From: Nanobdellota archaeon
GTDB lineage: Archaea > Nanobdellota > Nanobdellia > Woesearchaeales > UBA583
Direction: 5' to 3'
Length of the DNA: 31,373 nucleotides
Assembly (NCBI GenBank): GCA_036146255.1
Contig: JAYYJK010000062.1
Span: 1-31,373 of the forward strand
How positions within the stretch are numbered: the first letter of the stretch is position 1; the number at the start of each line of letters is the position of its first letter. The translations under genes were made by a program, and so were the position numbers. The notes beneath the pieces were generated by a model. It saw only the letters and a program-made list of their open reading frames with translations. It ran no database searches and was not told the DNA's origin. This document shows, piece after piece, positions 1-7,544 of the stretch.

Positions 1-2
1 AT

Positions 3-158
3 ACAATTGAGAGAGTTTGTGAGAGAATTCATAAAGATATGGTTGATAAGTTTAAATATGCTAAAATAAAGGGAACTAGTGCTAAATTTGATTGGCAAAG
101 AGTTGGTTTAGATCATAAAGTAGAACATAATGATATCATAGAAATCTATGCTCGTTGA
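3..158 (+). CDS. drg: C-terminal TGS domain of a DRG/Rbg1-family (OBG superfamily) GTPase, 5'-truncated by the window edge
   Basis: Not in the ORF track. Manual translation from nt 3 gives TIERVCERIHKDMVDKFKYAKIKGTSAKFDWQRVGLDHKVEHNDIIEIYAR*, matching the IHKD..FKYA..G.S.KF..QRVGLDH..D.DI.EI signature of archaeal/eukaryotic DRG TGS domains. Confidence 0.88.
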   Translation, partial: TIERVCERIHKDMVDKFKYAKIKGTSAKFDWQRVGLDHKVEHNDIIEIYAR

Positions 159-230
159 GCATTGATTTCTTGAGACAAGAACGAGTCGACGAGTGTCTAG
201 TATAATCGAGATTTATGTAAGGTAAAAAAA

Positions 231-596
231 TTAATTTTTTAATTCAACATACCAATTTTTATCTCTTCCTTGTCCTTTTATTGGAGTTGAGTTCGGTGCA
301 TAAACCAGAGGTAAAATCAAGTATTGGTGTGAATCGATATCAAATCCTGGTATTTTTCCAATATAAAAACTTTCATTTGATTTTATAATTCTACTAAATT
401 TACTATCTACTTCATACCAATTATTCTCAGGTACTATATCTGATTGTTGTCTAAGATCAATATTTAAACATTCAGATAATTTTTTAAGTCCTTTATATGT
501 TGATTTTATTAATATATTGCTATTAGGTGCTAAAGAATAATCTCCATCAATTATTTCATCAATAGACCTATTCCTTCTAATCATAACTTTTTCCAT
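231..596 (-). CDS. hypothetical protein (121 aa)
   Basis: ATG-started ORF filling the intergenic space; TATA-like TTTTAAA about 22 nt upstream; no recognisable motif. Confidence 0.6.
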   Translation of the reverse strand: MEKVMIRRNRSIDEIIDGDYSLAPNSNILIKSTYKGLKKLSECLNIDLRQQSDIVPENNWYEVDSKFSRIIKSNESFYIGKIPGFDIDSHQYLILPLVYAPNSTPIKGQGRDKNWYVELKN

Positions 597-626
597 AATA
601 GTACTAAGAAGTAGTAATTTAAAAAG

Positions 627-938
627 TTATTTTTTTTCTATCATTAAATATCTCTCATCCAAATCATAACTAACATTAAATCCTGGTAATTTATTTTGGA
701 CATATTTACAATAGTTTTCAAGACCTCCAGCTGTTTCAGATAATTCTAATATTTGTACTTTGAATCTTTTTTTATTATATTTTTCTTCCCTAGGGACACT
801 TACAAACTTTCCTTTACCTATAGTTAAAACATTTTTTATAGGGAGAACTGTATGTAAATCTAAAGTTTCTTCCTCTGTTGCATTTTGAGAATACTTTGGA
901 CCTTCAAACCAGATAGACACATTTACATTATTATTCAT
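627..938 (-). CDS. hypothetical protein (103 aa)
   Basis: ATG-started ORF; TATA-like TTTTAAA about 22 nt upstream; no recognisable motif. Confidence 0.6.
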   Translation of the reverse strand: MNNNVNVSIWFEGPKYSQNATEEETLDLHTVLPIKNVLTIGKGKFVSVPREEKYNKKRFKVQILELSETAGGLENYCKYVQNKLPGFNVSYDLDERYLMIEKK

Positions 939-1004
939 AGTATATTATTATAACTATAATTTAAAAACCTACTGTTTTTTAAACAATACTCCACTTAATT
1001 TTCT

Positions 1005-2024
1005 ATGAATTCAAATCCAATCTTTGAAAATAGAGAGTATCTAACAAAATACAATGATCCTATTGATGATTCTTTAGGGAAAAATCCCTATAGTAGAACT
1101 ATTTCTGAGTTATTAGAAACTGGTTATGTAAATATTGACAAAGATGCAGGTCCAACATCACATCAAGTTGCAGATCATCTAAAAAAACTTCTTCAAAATT
1201 CTAAAACTGGACACTCAGGTACATTAGATCCTCAAGTTACAGGAGTTTTACTTTGTGGGCTAGGAAGAGCAACTCGTTTAATGGAATATATGCTTAAAAG
1301 CAATAAAGAATATATCTGTCTTGCTTTTTTTCATAAAGAAGTAACTAAAGAGCAAGTTCTAGAGACATTTGAAAAATTTACTGGAGAAATTATGCAAATG
1401 CCTCCTGTTATCTCGGCAGTTAAAAGAGAACTTAGACCAAGGACTATTTATTCACTTGAACTCTTAGATATTGCAAAAGATAATCAACATGTTCTCTTTA
1501 GAGTTGCATGTCAACATGGAACATATATTAGAAAGTTATGTACTGATATGGGAGAGAGTTTAGGTATTAATGCTCAAATGAAAGAACTTAGAAGATCTAA
1601 AGCAGGTCCTAAAAGAGAAGAAGACCATTGTATTTCCTTAGATACACTTAGAAATCTTTGGACCCTTCACAATGACGCTGGATTTACTTCTCCTGAGAAA
1701 AAAGTATACAGAGATGAATTAAAAAAGTACATTAGACCACAAGAAGAATTACTTATTGATTTTAAATCAGTTGTAGTAAGAGATGGCGCAATTAATGCAG
1801 TTGCTCACGGATACGATCTGGCTACGCCAGGCGTGATGAGAGTAGAGAAAGGACTTGAGATAGGGGAAGAAGTTGCAATCTTTTCAGATAAGGGGGAGTT
1901 AATTGCAATGGGAGAAGCTTTGATGAAGACAGATGAAATACTTGAAAAAGAAAAAGGGTTTGCTGTGAAAACAAATAAAGTATTTATTGATAGGGATTAT
2001 TATCCCAAGTTTACAAAGGAATAA
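1005..2024 (+). CDS. cbf5: H/ACA RNA-guided pseudouridine synthase Cbf5 (archaeal TruB family) with C-terminal PUA domain
   Basis: NIDKDAGPTSHQV, catalytic GHSGTLDPQVTGVL, CQHGTYIRKLC, ELRR.KAG, and a PUA-like C-terminus (HGYDLATPGV...GELIAMG). Confidence 0.96.
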   Translation: MNSNPIFENREYLTKYNDPIDDSLGKNPYSRTISELLETGYVNIDKDAGPTSHQVADHLKKLLQNSKTGHSGTLDPQVTGVLLCGLGRATRLMEYMLKSNKEYICLAFFHKEVTKEQVLETFEKFTGEIMQMPPVISAVKRELRPRTIYSLELLDIAKDNQHVLFRVACQHGTYIRKLCTDMGESLGINAQMKELRRSKAGPKREEDHCISLDTLRNLWTLHNDAGFTSPEKKVYRDELKKYIRPQEELLIDFKSVVVRDGAINAVAHGYDLATPGVMRVEKGLEIGEEVAIFSDKGELIAMGEALMKTDEILEKEKGFAVKTNKVFIDRDYYPKFTKE

Positions 2025-2027
2025 AAA

Positions 2028-2510
2028 TTATTTATTTTTATTTTTGTACTCAATACTCTCAAAGGATTTAAGTTCTTCTAGCTCTGACATAAAGTCATTC
2101 ATTGAACCGTAATTGTTATGCACTATTGCGAATCTTAAAAATGCAATTTCATCTAAATCTTTTAGGTTTTTAAGAACAATTCTACCTACTGTTCCTGTTG
2201 GAATTGTTGTTCCTTCAACTTCTTTTAAATCTTTTAAAATAGACTCTAGACAACTCTCAATTTGTTCTAATGTAACTGGTCTTTTATCACAGGATTTAAG
2301 CACTGAATTTTTAATTTTAGGGAGTGAAAATACTTGGACTTCTCCATTTGATTTTTGAACTTCTAAATCTAATTTTAGTACTTTTTCAGCTGTTGAAAAT
2401 CTTTTCTCACATTTCTGACACTCACGTCTTCTTTTAATATTTGTTCCGTCTTTTGATTCACGTGAATCAATTACTTTTGTTTCGTTATGATTACAATATG
2501 GGCAGTTCAT
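2028..2510 (-). CDS. nrdR: transcriptional repressor NrdR (Zn-ribbon + ATP-cone)
   Basis: MNCPYCNHNETKVIDSR...IKRRRECQKCEKRFST.E, then ATP-cone VQKSNGEVQVF...KI and IAFLRFAIV; clustered with nrdAB. Confidence 0.96.
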   Translation of the reverse strand: MNCPYCNHNETKVIDSRESKDGTNIKRRRECQKCEKRFSTAEKVLKLDLEVQKSNGEVQVFSLPKIKNSVLKSCDKRPVTLEQIESCLESILKDLKEVEGTTIPTGTVGRIVLKNLKDLDEIAFLRFAIVHNNYGSMNDFMSELEELKSFESIEYKNKNK

Positions 2511-3109
2511 TTTAATTCTTCCAAATTTACTAAATATTTATCAAAAAATGTTTTAGACCAATTCTCAAGTTTATCATAAATTTCTTTAACTTGACTTTTT
2601 GACATGAATTCTCTATTATCTAATATATCAGTTTCACCCAGATTTAAATTTAGGAAATCTAAATTTAATACTGCTGCAATTCCAATATGATAAATACCTA
2701 CATTATCACTTTCATCATTAATAAATCCAACAAATTTTACTTGATCTTTTGTTACTTTAACACCAATTTCTTCTTCAATTTCTCTTAGTGTTGCATCAAC
2801 TAATAACTCCATACCAGATAAATTTTCATATTCATCAACATGTCCACCTACACCTAGAGAATATTTGTCGTGAAGTCTTGTTTCAGTTCCTTTTGGTGTT
2901 CTTCTGTATGTTAATAATTTTCCTTTGGAAATTACTGCAATGTATGGGATAAATTGCTTATATGAATCATCTTCTTCCATATCTGCTCTCCATTGTAACT
3001 CTGATTTTTCTAGAATTGAATTCAATTCTTCTTGTGAAAATTCCCAAAATGTATTGGGATTTTTAATCTCTTCTCTTGGTACAACTAGTATATTAATTTC
3101 TTTTGTCAT
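2507..3109 (-). CDS. ymaB: YmaB-like NUDIX-fold phosphoesterase (COG4112)
   Basis: ILVVPRE, EEDDSYKQFIPY, ETRLHDKYSLGVGGH, REIEEEIG, GFINDESDNVGIYHIG, LENWS recalled as closely matching B. subtilis YmaB motifs. Confidence 0.82.
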   Translation of the reverse strand: MTKEINILVVPREEIKNPNTFWEFSQEELNSILEKSELQWRADMEEDDSYKQFIPYIAVISKGKLLTYRRTPKGTETRLHDKYSLGVGGHVDEYENLSGMELLVDATLREIEEEIGVKVTKDQVKFVGFINDESDNVGIYHIGIAAVLNLDFLNLNLGETDILDNREFMSKSQVKEIYDKLENWSKTFFDKYLVNLEELK

Positions 3110-3559
3110 TTACATATCACCCATTATTTCTTTAAATTCTTTTTCATATAAAACTAATGCTTTTTTAACCCCTTGGTGGAGGGGTTCTGGTAAATTATTT
3201 AATTTAACCCATTTAATTTCATCAATACTCTCAGGTTCATTGTTTTTTGCCTCTTCTTTTTTTACTTTAACAAAAAATGGTAAAGCTAACCAATGAGTAT
3301 TTTTTCCATTATTATTTCTAAATAATGTATAGTATGGTAATTTTTTTGTAATTAAGCCAGTACACCCATATTCTTCAGAAATTTCTTTTAAAACATTTTC
3401 TTCCGGACTTAAACCAAATTCTAATTTTCCTCCACCAAAATCCCAGGTACCTTGTTCATCTCTGCAATTATTGGATCTTTTATGAATTAAAAGTTCACCA
3501 TCTTCATTGTAACAGTAAAATGGGGTTGAGATTCCTATAAAATCTTCTCCTACTTTCAT
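3110..3559 (-). CDS. NUDIX hydrolase
   Basis: Nudix box variant GGKLEFGLSPEENVLKEISEEYG; LLIHKRS upstream; EPESIDEIKW and LPEPLH downstream. Confidence 0.88.
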   Translation of the reverse strand: MKVGEDFIGISTPFYCYNEDGELLIHKRSNNCRDEQGTWDFGGGKLEFGLSPEENVLKEISEEYGCTGLITKKLPYYTLFRNNNGKNTHWLALPFFVKVKKEEAKNNEPESIDEIKWVKLNNLPEPLHQGVKKALVLYEKEFKEIMGDM

Positions 3560-3565
3560 TTTTAT

Positions 3566-4654
3566 CTAAAAATCATCCCAGTCATCTACACTTGAAGACT
3601 GTGAATAATTAGTTACAGTTGATTCGAAGAAATTTGATTTTACTCCGTCATTATTTTCATCAGCTAATTTTTCTAAGTGTGCATATGGATTAACATCATA
3701 TCCTTCATAGAGTTCATCAAATCCTAGCATTTTGATTCTCATGTTAGCTAAGAATTTTGTATATTTCTCAGTTGATTGTTCATTAATTCCTAAGATGTGA
3801 TTATCTAAAATGTGATTTGACCACTCAATTTCTTGTTGTACTGCTTCATCAAACATTTGGTGTACAAGTTCTTGAGTAATTAATCCTGGTTTTTCATCTT
3901 TTAGAGCTAAAATAATGTTTTTGAAAATTGTAACGTGAGTTAATTCATCTCTGTTAATATACCTAATTTCATCTGCTACACCCATCATTAAATGTCTTGA
4001 GGCTAAGTTATAGAAGAAGTTAAACCCATTGTAGAAATACAGACCTTCTAAAATAAAGTTAGCAACTAAAACTCTTGCAAATGTTTCATCATTTGGTGTA
4101 TCAATAAAGTTTTGAAAAATTGTTGCAATATATTTATTTCTCTCTAATAAAATTTTGTCATCTCTCCAGAAATCATAGATTTTAGCTCTCTCTGAAGCAG
4201 GTACAATTGATTCTAATATGTATGCATATGATTGTGAGTGAATTGCTTCTTGATATGTTTGAATTGCTAGAAGTGTTGAGACTTCTGGTGCTGTAATATA
4301 ATCTGCAATGTTTGGAACATTATTTGTCTGCAAAGAATCAAGGAAAACTAAAAATGAAATTGTTCCTTTGAATGCTTTGAGTTCGTGTTTAGATAATTTC
4401 TTATAATCTTTGATATCATTGGATAAATCTACTTTTTCTGGAACCCAAAAATTTCCCATCATTACACGATACATATTTTTTGCCCAAGAGTATTTCGTAT
4501 CATTTAAATTAAATAAATTAGTTGTATCTCCTCCTGTAATTTTTCTATTTTGAACTTTATCATTACCTTCTGGGTTAAATAATTTTTTTTTTGATACTTC
4601 AGTTTCATTAACTGTATTTAATCCTATTTCTTCATCACTAAATTGAATTGACAT
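3566..4654 (-). CDS. nrdB: class Ia ribonucleotide reductase beta subunit
   Basis: Ferritin-like ligands FLDSLQ (D), QEAIHSQSY (E, H and radical Tyr at E+7), LEGLYFYNGF (E), RDELTH (E, H); FWVPEKVDL and NFFE motifs. Confidence 0.95.
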   Translation of the reverse strand: MSIQFSDEEIGLNTVNETEVSKKKLFNPEGNDKVQNRKITGGDTTNLFNLNDTKYSWAKNMYRVMMGNFWVPEKVDLSNDIKDYKKLSKHELKAFKGTISFLVFLDSLQTNNVPNIADYITAPEVSTLLAIQTYQEAIHSQSYAYILESIVPASERAKIYDFWRDDKILLERNKYIATIFQNFIDTPNDETFARVLVANFILEGLYFYNGFNFFYNLASRHLMMGVADEIRYINRDELTHVTIFKNIILALKDEKPGLITQELVHQMFDEAVQQEIEWSNHILDNHILGINEQSTEKYTKFLANMRIKMLGFDELYEGYDVNPYAHLEKLADENNDGVKSNFFESTVTNYSQSSSVDDWDDF

Positions 4655-4691
4655 TTTTTATTTTATTAATTGTAATTGTTTTAAATTGCAA

Positions 4692-4740
4692 GGCAACTTA
4701 CCCCTAGTCCCTTAGGCTAAGGCTCTTGACTCTTAGTTGA
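4692..4740 (-). other. GC-rich nested inverted repeat in the nrdA-nrdB intergenic region
   Basis: Minus strand CAACT-aag-AGTC-aagag-CCTTA-gcc-TAAGG-GACT-aggggta-AGTTG: three nested complementary pairs. Confidence 0.5.
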
Positions 4741-4749
4741 TTTGAAAAA

Positions 4750-7041
4750 TCAACCTGAGCAACTTACGCATTCTTCTTTTTGAGATTCTGCTGTTTTTGT
4801 AATTGATCTAATGTAATATACAGTCTTACATCCTTTCTTCCAAGCGTTAAGGTATAACATGTAAATATCTTTAGCTTTCATTCCATTTTTCATGTTAAGT
4901 ACAAGTTCCATGGAAATTCCTTGATCTGTCCATTTTTGAATTCTTGAACATACATCAATTACTTTTTGTTGATCAACATTTTGGTTTTCTTGATATGTCC
5001 AGAATGTTGTTTTATCTAAAAACGGAGGACATACAGGAACTGCTCCATTTGATGCTTTATCTACAAAGAATTTTCTATAAATTGGAAGAACTGATGCTGT
5101 TGCTCCCATCATAAGTGATGTTGAAGTATTTGGTGCAATTGCAAAAATACCTCCATTTCTCATTCCTTGCTCTTTTACTTTTTTTCTTAATTCTTTCCAC
5201 TCTTTTGGAAGGGATGAGTGTTCATTAAACCATTTGAAATTTCTTCCAAAGAACTTACCTTTAGACCAATCTGATCCTTCAAAGTATTTGTAAGGTTTTC
5301 TAAGTTTTGCTAAATTTGCTGATTCATCAATTCCTGCAAGTGCGATATGTTCAAATACTTTATCTGCTTCTTCTGCTGCATTTGAATACGGAATTCCTCT
5401 TTTAGCCAGATAATCTGCAAACCCTAATGATCCTACTCCTAAAATTCTATATTCATCATTGTGTCTTTTAGCTTCAGGAATTGGAGGAGCTGAGACATCA
5501 ATAGTGTTATCTAAAATTCTAACTGCTAAACGAGTTGATTTTTTAGCATCTTCAATTGTATCAAATTGAGCCCAATTTAGAGAAACTAAGTTACATGTAT
5601 GTGTGTGACCTGTTTCAACTTCCTGAGTAACTCGAGTTCCATCCTTAGAGAGTGTTTTTGGACTAACTTTTGAGGGTGAAAAATTTGAAAATGACTCAGT
5701 ACATAAATTTGCATTTCCAATCATACCATTGTGTTTATTTGGATTAGTGTTATTTGTGTTTTCTTTAAAAAAGACATAAGGAAGCCCAGTCTCTACTGTT
5801 GTTTTTAAGATTTCTTTCATAATTGATTTTGCATCAACTTCTTTTTTAGATTCAATAGTTTCATTTGCTTCTAATTCAAGATAAGTCTTCTCAAATTTTT
5901 CTCCATAGAGTTCAGCTAGTTCAATATTGAATTTAGATCTTAATTCATGTGGGTCAAAGAGAGTCCATTTTTCATTGTTATCTACTCTATTCATGAAAAG
6001 ATCTGTGAGTACAACTTGAGGGAATACATCATAGGCTTTTTTCCTTTGATCTCCATTTTCATGTTGCATCGTTAAAAATTCTTCAATGTCTCTGTGCCAT
6101 ACATCTAAAGCTACAGTAATTGCTCCAGCTCTTGATCCAAGTTGATTTACAGCAACAGCAGTATCATTGATTAATTTAACCCAAGGTAATACTCCTCCTG
6201 ATGCACCTTTAATATTTTTAATTCGTGCACCTTCTGATCTTACTCTTGAAATGTTTACACCAACTCCTCCTGCGTTTTTAGAGATTTGACCTAATTGGTC
6301 AAGTGTGTAATAAATTGAATCTAGGGAATCATCCATTGCTGTAATGAAACAAGATGCTAAATTACCACCTGGTCTTCTTAAGTTTAAAATAATTGGTGTA
6401 GCGTATGAAATTTTTCTTGAAGCTGTTGCATGATAAATTGCTTTAGCAATTCTGAGTCTATCTTTTTTCTTCTCAGGTACAGCCATTAAAAGTGCAATTG
6501 TTGCATACATTTGTTGAGGGAGTTCAAATGTTTCACCATCTAATTTCATAAGATACCTTTTAGTCATAAGTGATACTGCAGCATAATCATATCCCTTATC
6601 ATACTCCATATCAATTTCTTTACCAAATTCTTTAATTTCTTCATCAGAATATTCTTCTACAACTTTTCTATCATAAATTCCTTCTTTTACAGCTTTTTTA
6701 ACAAATTTCAAATATGAACCATACCCAAATGAATCATAACCTTGTGTTCTTTTTGCTTTTTTGTAGAGGTTAAGAAGTCTAAGTCTTGCAGCTACTATCC
6801 TCCAGTCAAGATCTGAAAAATCATCATTAATTTTTGTTAGTGCAAGAGCTGAGTTAATTAACATTTCTTGAATTTGCTCAGTTGTCATTGAAGATGCCAT
6901 GTTTCCTTGAATATGACTCTCAAGAACTAAAGGATTTACTTTTGTTCCCTCACATGCCCATTCAATTACTTTTTTAATTTTCATTACATCAAAAGCAACT
7001 TTGCTTCCATCTCTTTTTGTTATTTTTATAATTGCTCCCAT
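4750..7041 (-). CDS. nrdA: class Ia ribonucleotide reductase alpha subunit with N-terminal ATP-cone
   Basis: ITKRDGSKVAFDVMKI ATP-cone; LASCF, ANLCTE (N-C-E catalytic triad), TCNLVSLN, APNTSTS, TVYYIRS (YY pair), C-terminal CVSC. Confidence 0.96.
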   Translation of the reverse strand: MGAIIKITKRDGSKVAFDVMKIKKVIEWACEGTKVNPLVLESHIQGNMASSMTTEQIQEMLINSALALTKINDDFSDLDWRIVAARLRLLNLYKKAKRTQGYDSFGYGSYLKFVKKAVKEGIYDRKVVEEYSDEEIKEFGKEIDMEYDKGYDYAAVSLMTKRYLMKLDGETFELPQQMYATIALLMAVPEKKKDRLRIAKAIYHATASRKISYATPIILNLRRPGGNLASCFITAMDDSLDSIYYTLDQLGQISKNAGGVGVNISRVRSEGARIKNIKGASGGVLPWVKLINDTAVAVNQLGSRAGAITVALDVWHRDIEEFLTMQHENGDQRKKAYDVFPQVVLTDLFMNRVDNNEKWTLFDPHELRSKFNIELAELYGEKFEKTYLELEANETIESKKEVDAKSIMKEILKTTVETGLPYVFFKENTNNTNPNKHNGMIGNANLCTESFSNFSPSKVSPKTLSKDGTRVTQEVETGHTHTCNLVSLNWAQFDTIEDAKKSTRLAVRILDNTIDVSAPPIPEAKRHNDEYRILGVGSLGFADYLAKRGIPYSNAAEEADKVFEHIALAGIDESANLAKLRKPYKYFEGSDWSKGKFFGRNFKWFNEHSSLPKEWKELRKKVKEQGMRNGGIFAIAPNTSTSLMMGATASVLPIYRKFFVDKASNGAVPVCPPFLDKTTFWTYQENQNVDQQKVIDVCSRIQKWTDQGISMELVLNMKNGMKAKDIYMLYLNAWKKGCKTVYYIRSITKTAESQKEECVSCSG

Positions 7042-7179
7042 TTTTTAATAAAATATAGTAAAAACACAAAGAGTGATTCTTTGAATTACTATAAAAGATG
7101 TGAAATTTAATTGAAAATAAATCTCATTTTTGTTTAAACTTCTCCTAGATAAGAAATTTAAAGGATTTGGTAGTATTGT

Positions 7180-7195
7180 ACACAACATTTAGTGT
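7180..7195. promoter_or_regulatory. NrdR box 1 (ACACAACATTTAGTGT)
   Basis: 16-bp imperfect palindrome fitting the NrdR consensus acaCwAtATaTwGtgt; starts 32 bp before box 2; upstream of nrdA. Confidence 0.8.
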
Positions 7196-7211
7196 TGTTT
7201 TTTTTAAAAAA

Positions 7212-7227
7212 CCACTATATCTTGTGT
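7212..7227. promoter_or_regulatory. NrdR box 2 (CCACTATATCTTGTGT)
   Basis: 2 mismatches to ACACTATATATTGTGT; contains ACTATATCTTGTG, which recurs three times in this intergenic region. Confidence 0.85.
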
Positions 7228-7253
7228 CGATAAAGAAAATATTTTGTTTTGTA

Positions 7254-7262
7254 TATATAAAA
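7254..7262 (-). promoter_or_regulatory. putative archaeal TATA box of the nrd operon (TTTTATATA on minus strand)
   Basis: Matches the TTTAWATA-type consensus; a start site about 25 nt downstream would fall at or next to NrdR box 2. Confidence 0.5.
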
Positions 7263-7281
7263 TTATTGTTTCTACAGCTGG

Positions 7282-7297
7282 GTACAACACACAGTGT
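7282..7297. promoter_or_regulatory. degenerate NrdR box 3 (GTACAACACACAGTGT)
   Basis: Weak consensus match, but lies exactly 33 bp before box 4, the same period as boxes 4-5. Confidence 0.4.
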
Positions 7298-7314
7298 TAA
7301 GAAATTTTAATCAA

Positions 7315-7330
7315 ACACAAGATATAGTAG
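7315..7330. promoter_or_regulatory. NrdR box 4 (ACACAAGATATAGTAG)
   Basis: Reverse complement CTACTATATCTTGTGT shares the 13-mer ACTATATCTTGTG with boxes 2 and 5. Confidence 0.8.
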
Positions 7331-7347
7331 GAAGTGAACCTTATTGC

Positions 7348-7363
7348 ATACTATATCTTGTGG
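7348..7363. promoter_or_regulatory. NrdR box 5 (ATACTATATCTTGTGG)
   Basis: Third copy of ACTATATCTTGTG; 33 bp after box 4 and inverted relative to it. Confidence 0.78.
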
Positions 7364-7544
7364 TTCTTTAATTTTAGAGAAATGGGGAAAGAAGAAAAAA
7401 TAGGCCTTTATTTTCATAAAAAACTTTTTATTTTATTGTATGAGTTATGTTGCTAGTTGTGGGAGTGACAAATAGCTAAGAAAAATTATATCAATATCAA
7501 ATATTTTAATCAGATTTTTAAATTCATTAAACTTAATATTTTCT

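Noticed and set aside
2113-3296. Plus-strand ORFs 2113-2358 and 2925-3296
   Set aside because: Antisense shadows of nrdR, ymaB and the NUDIX gene; no motifs
7107-7146. Six-codon uORF (MRFIFN) with AGGAGA in the nrdA leader
   Set aside because: SD-to-ATG spacing of 13 nt is long and such mini-ORFs are common by chance
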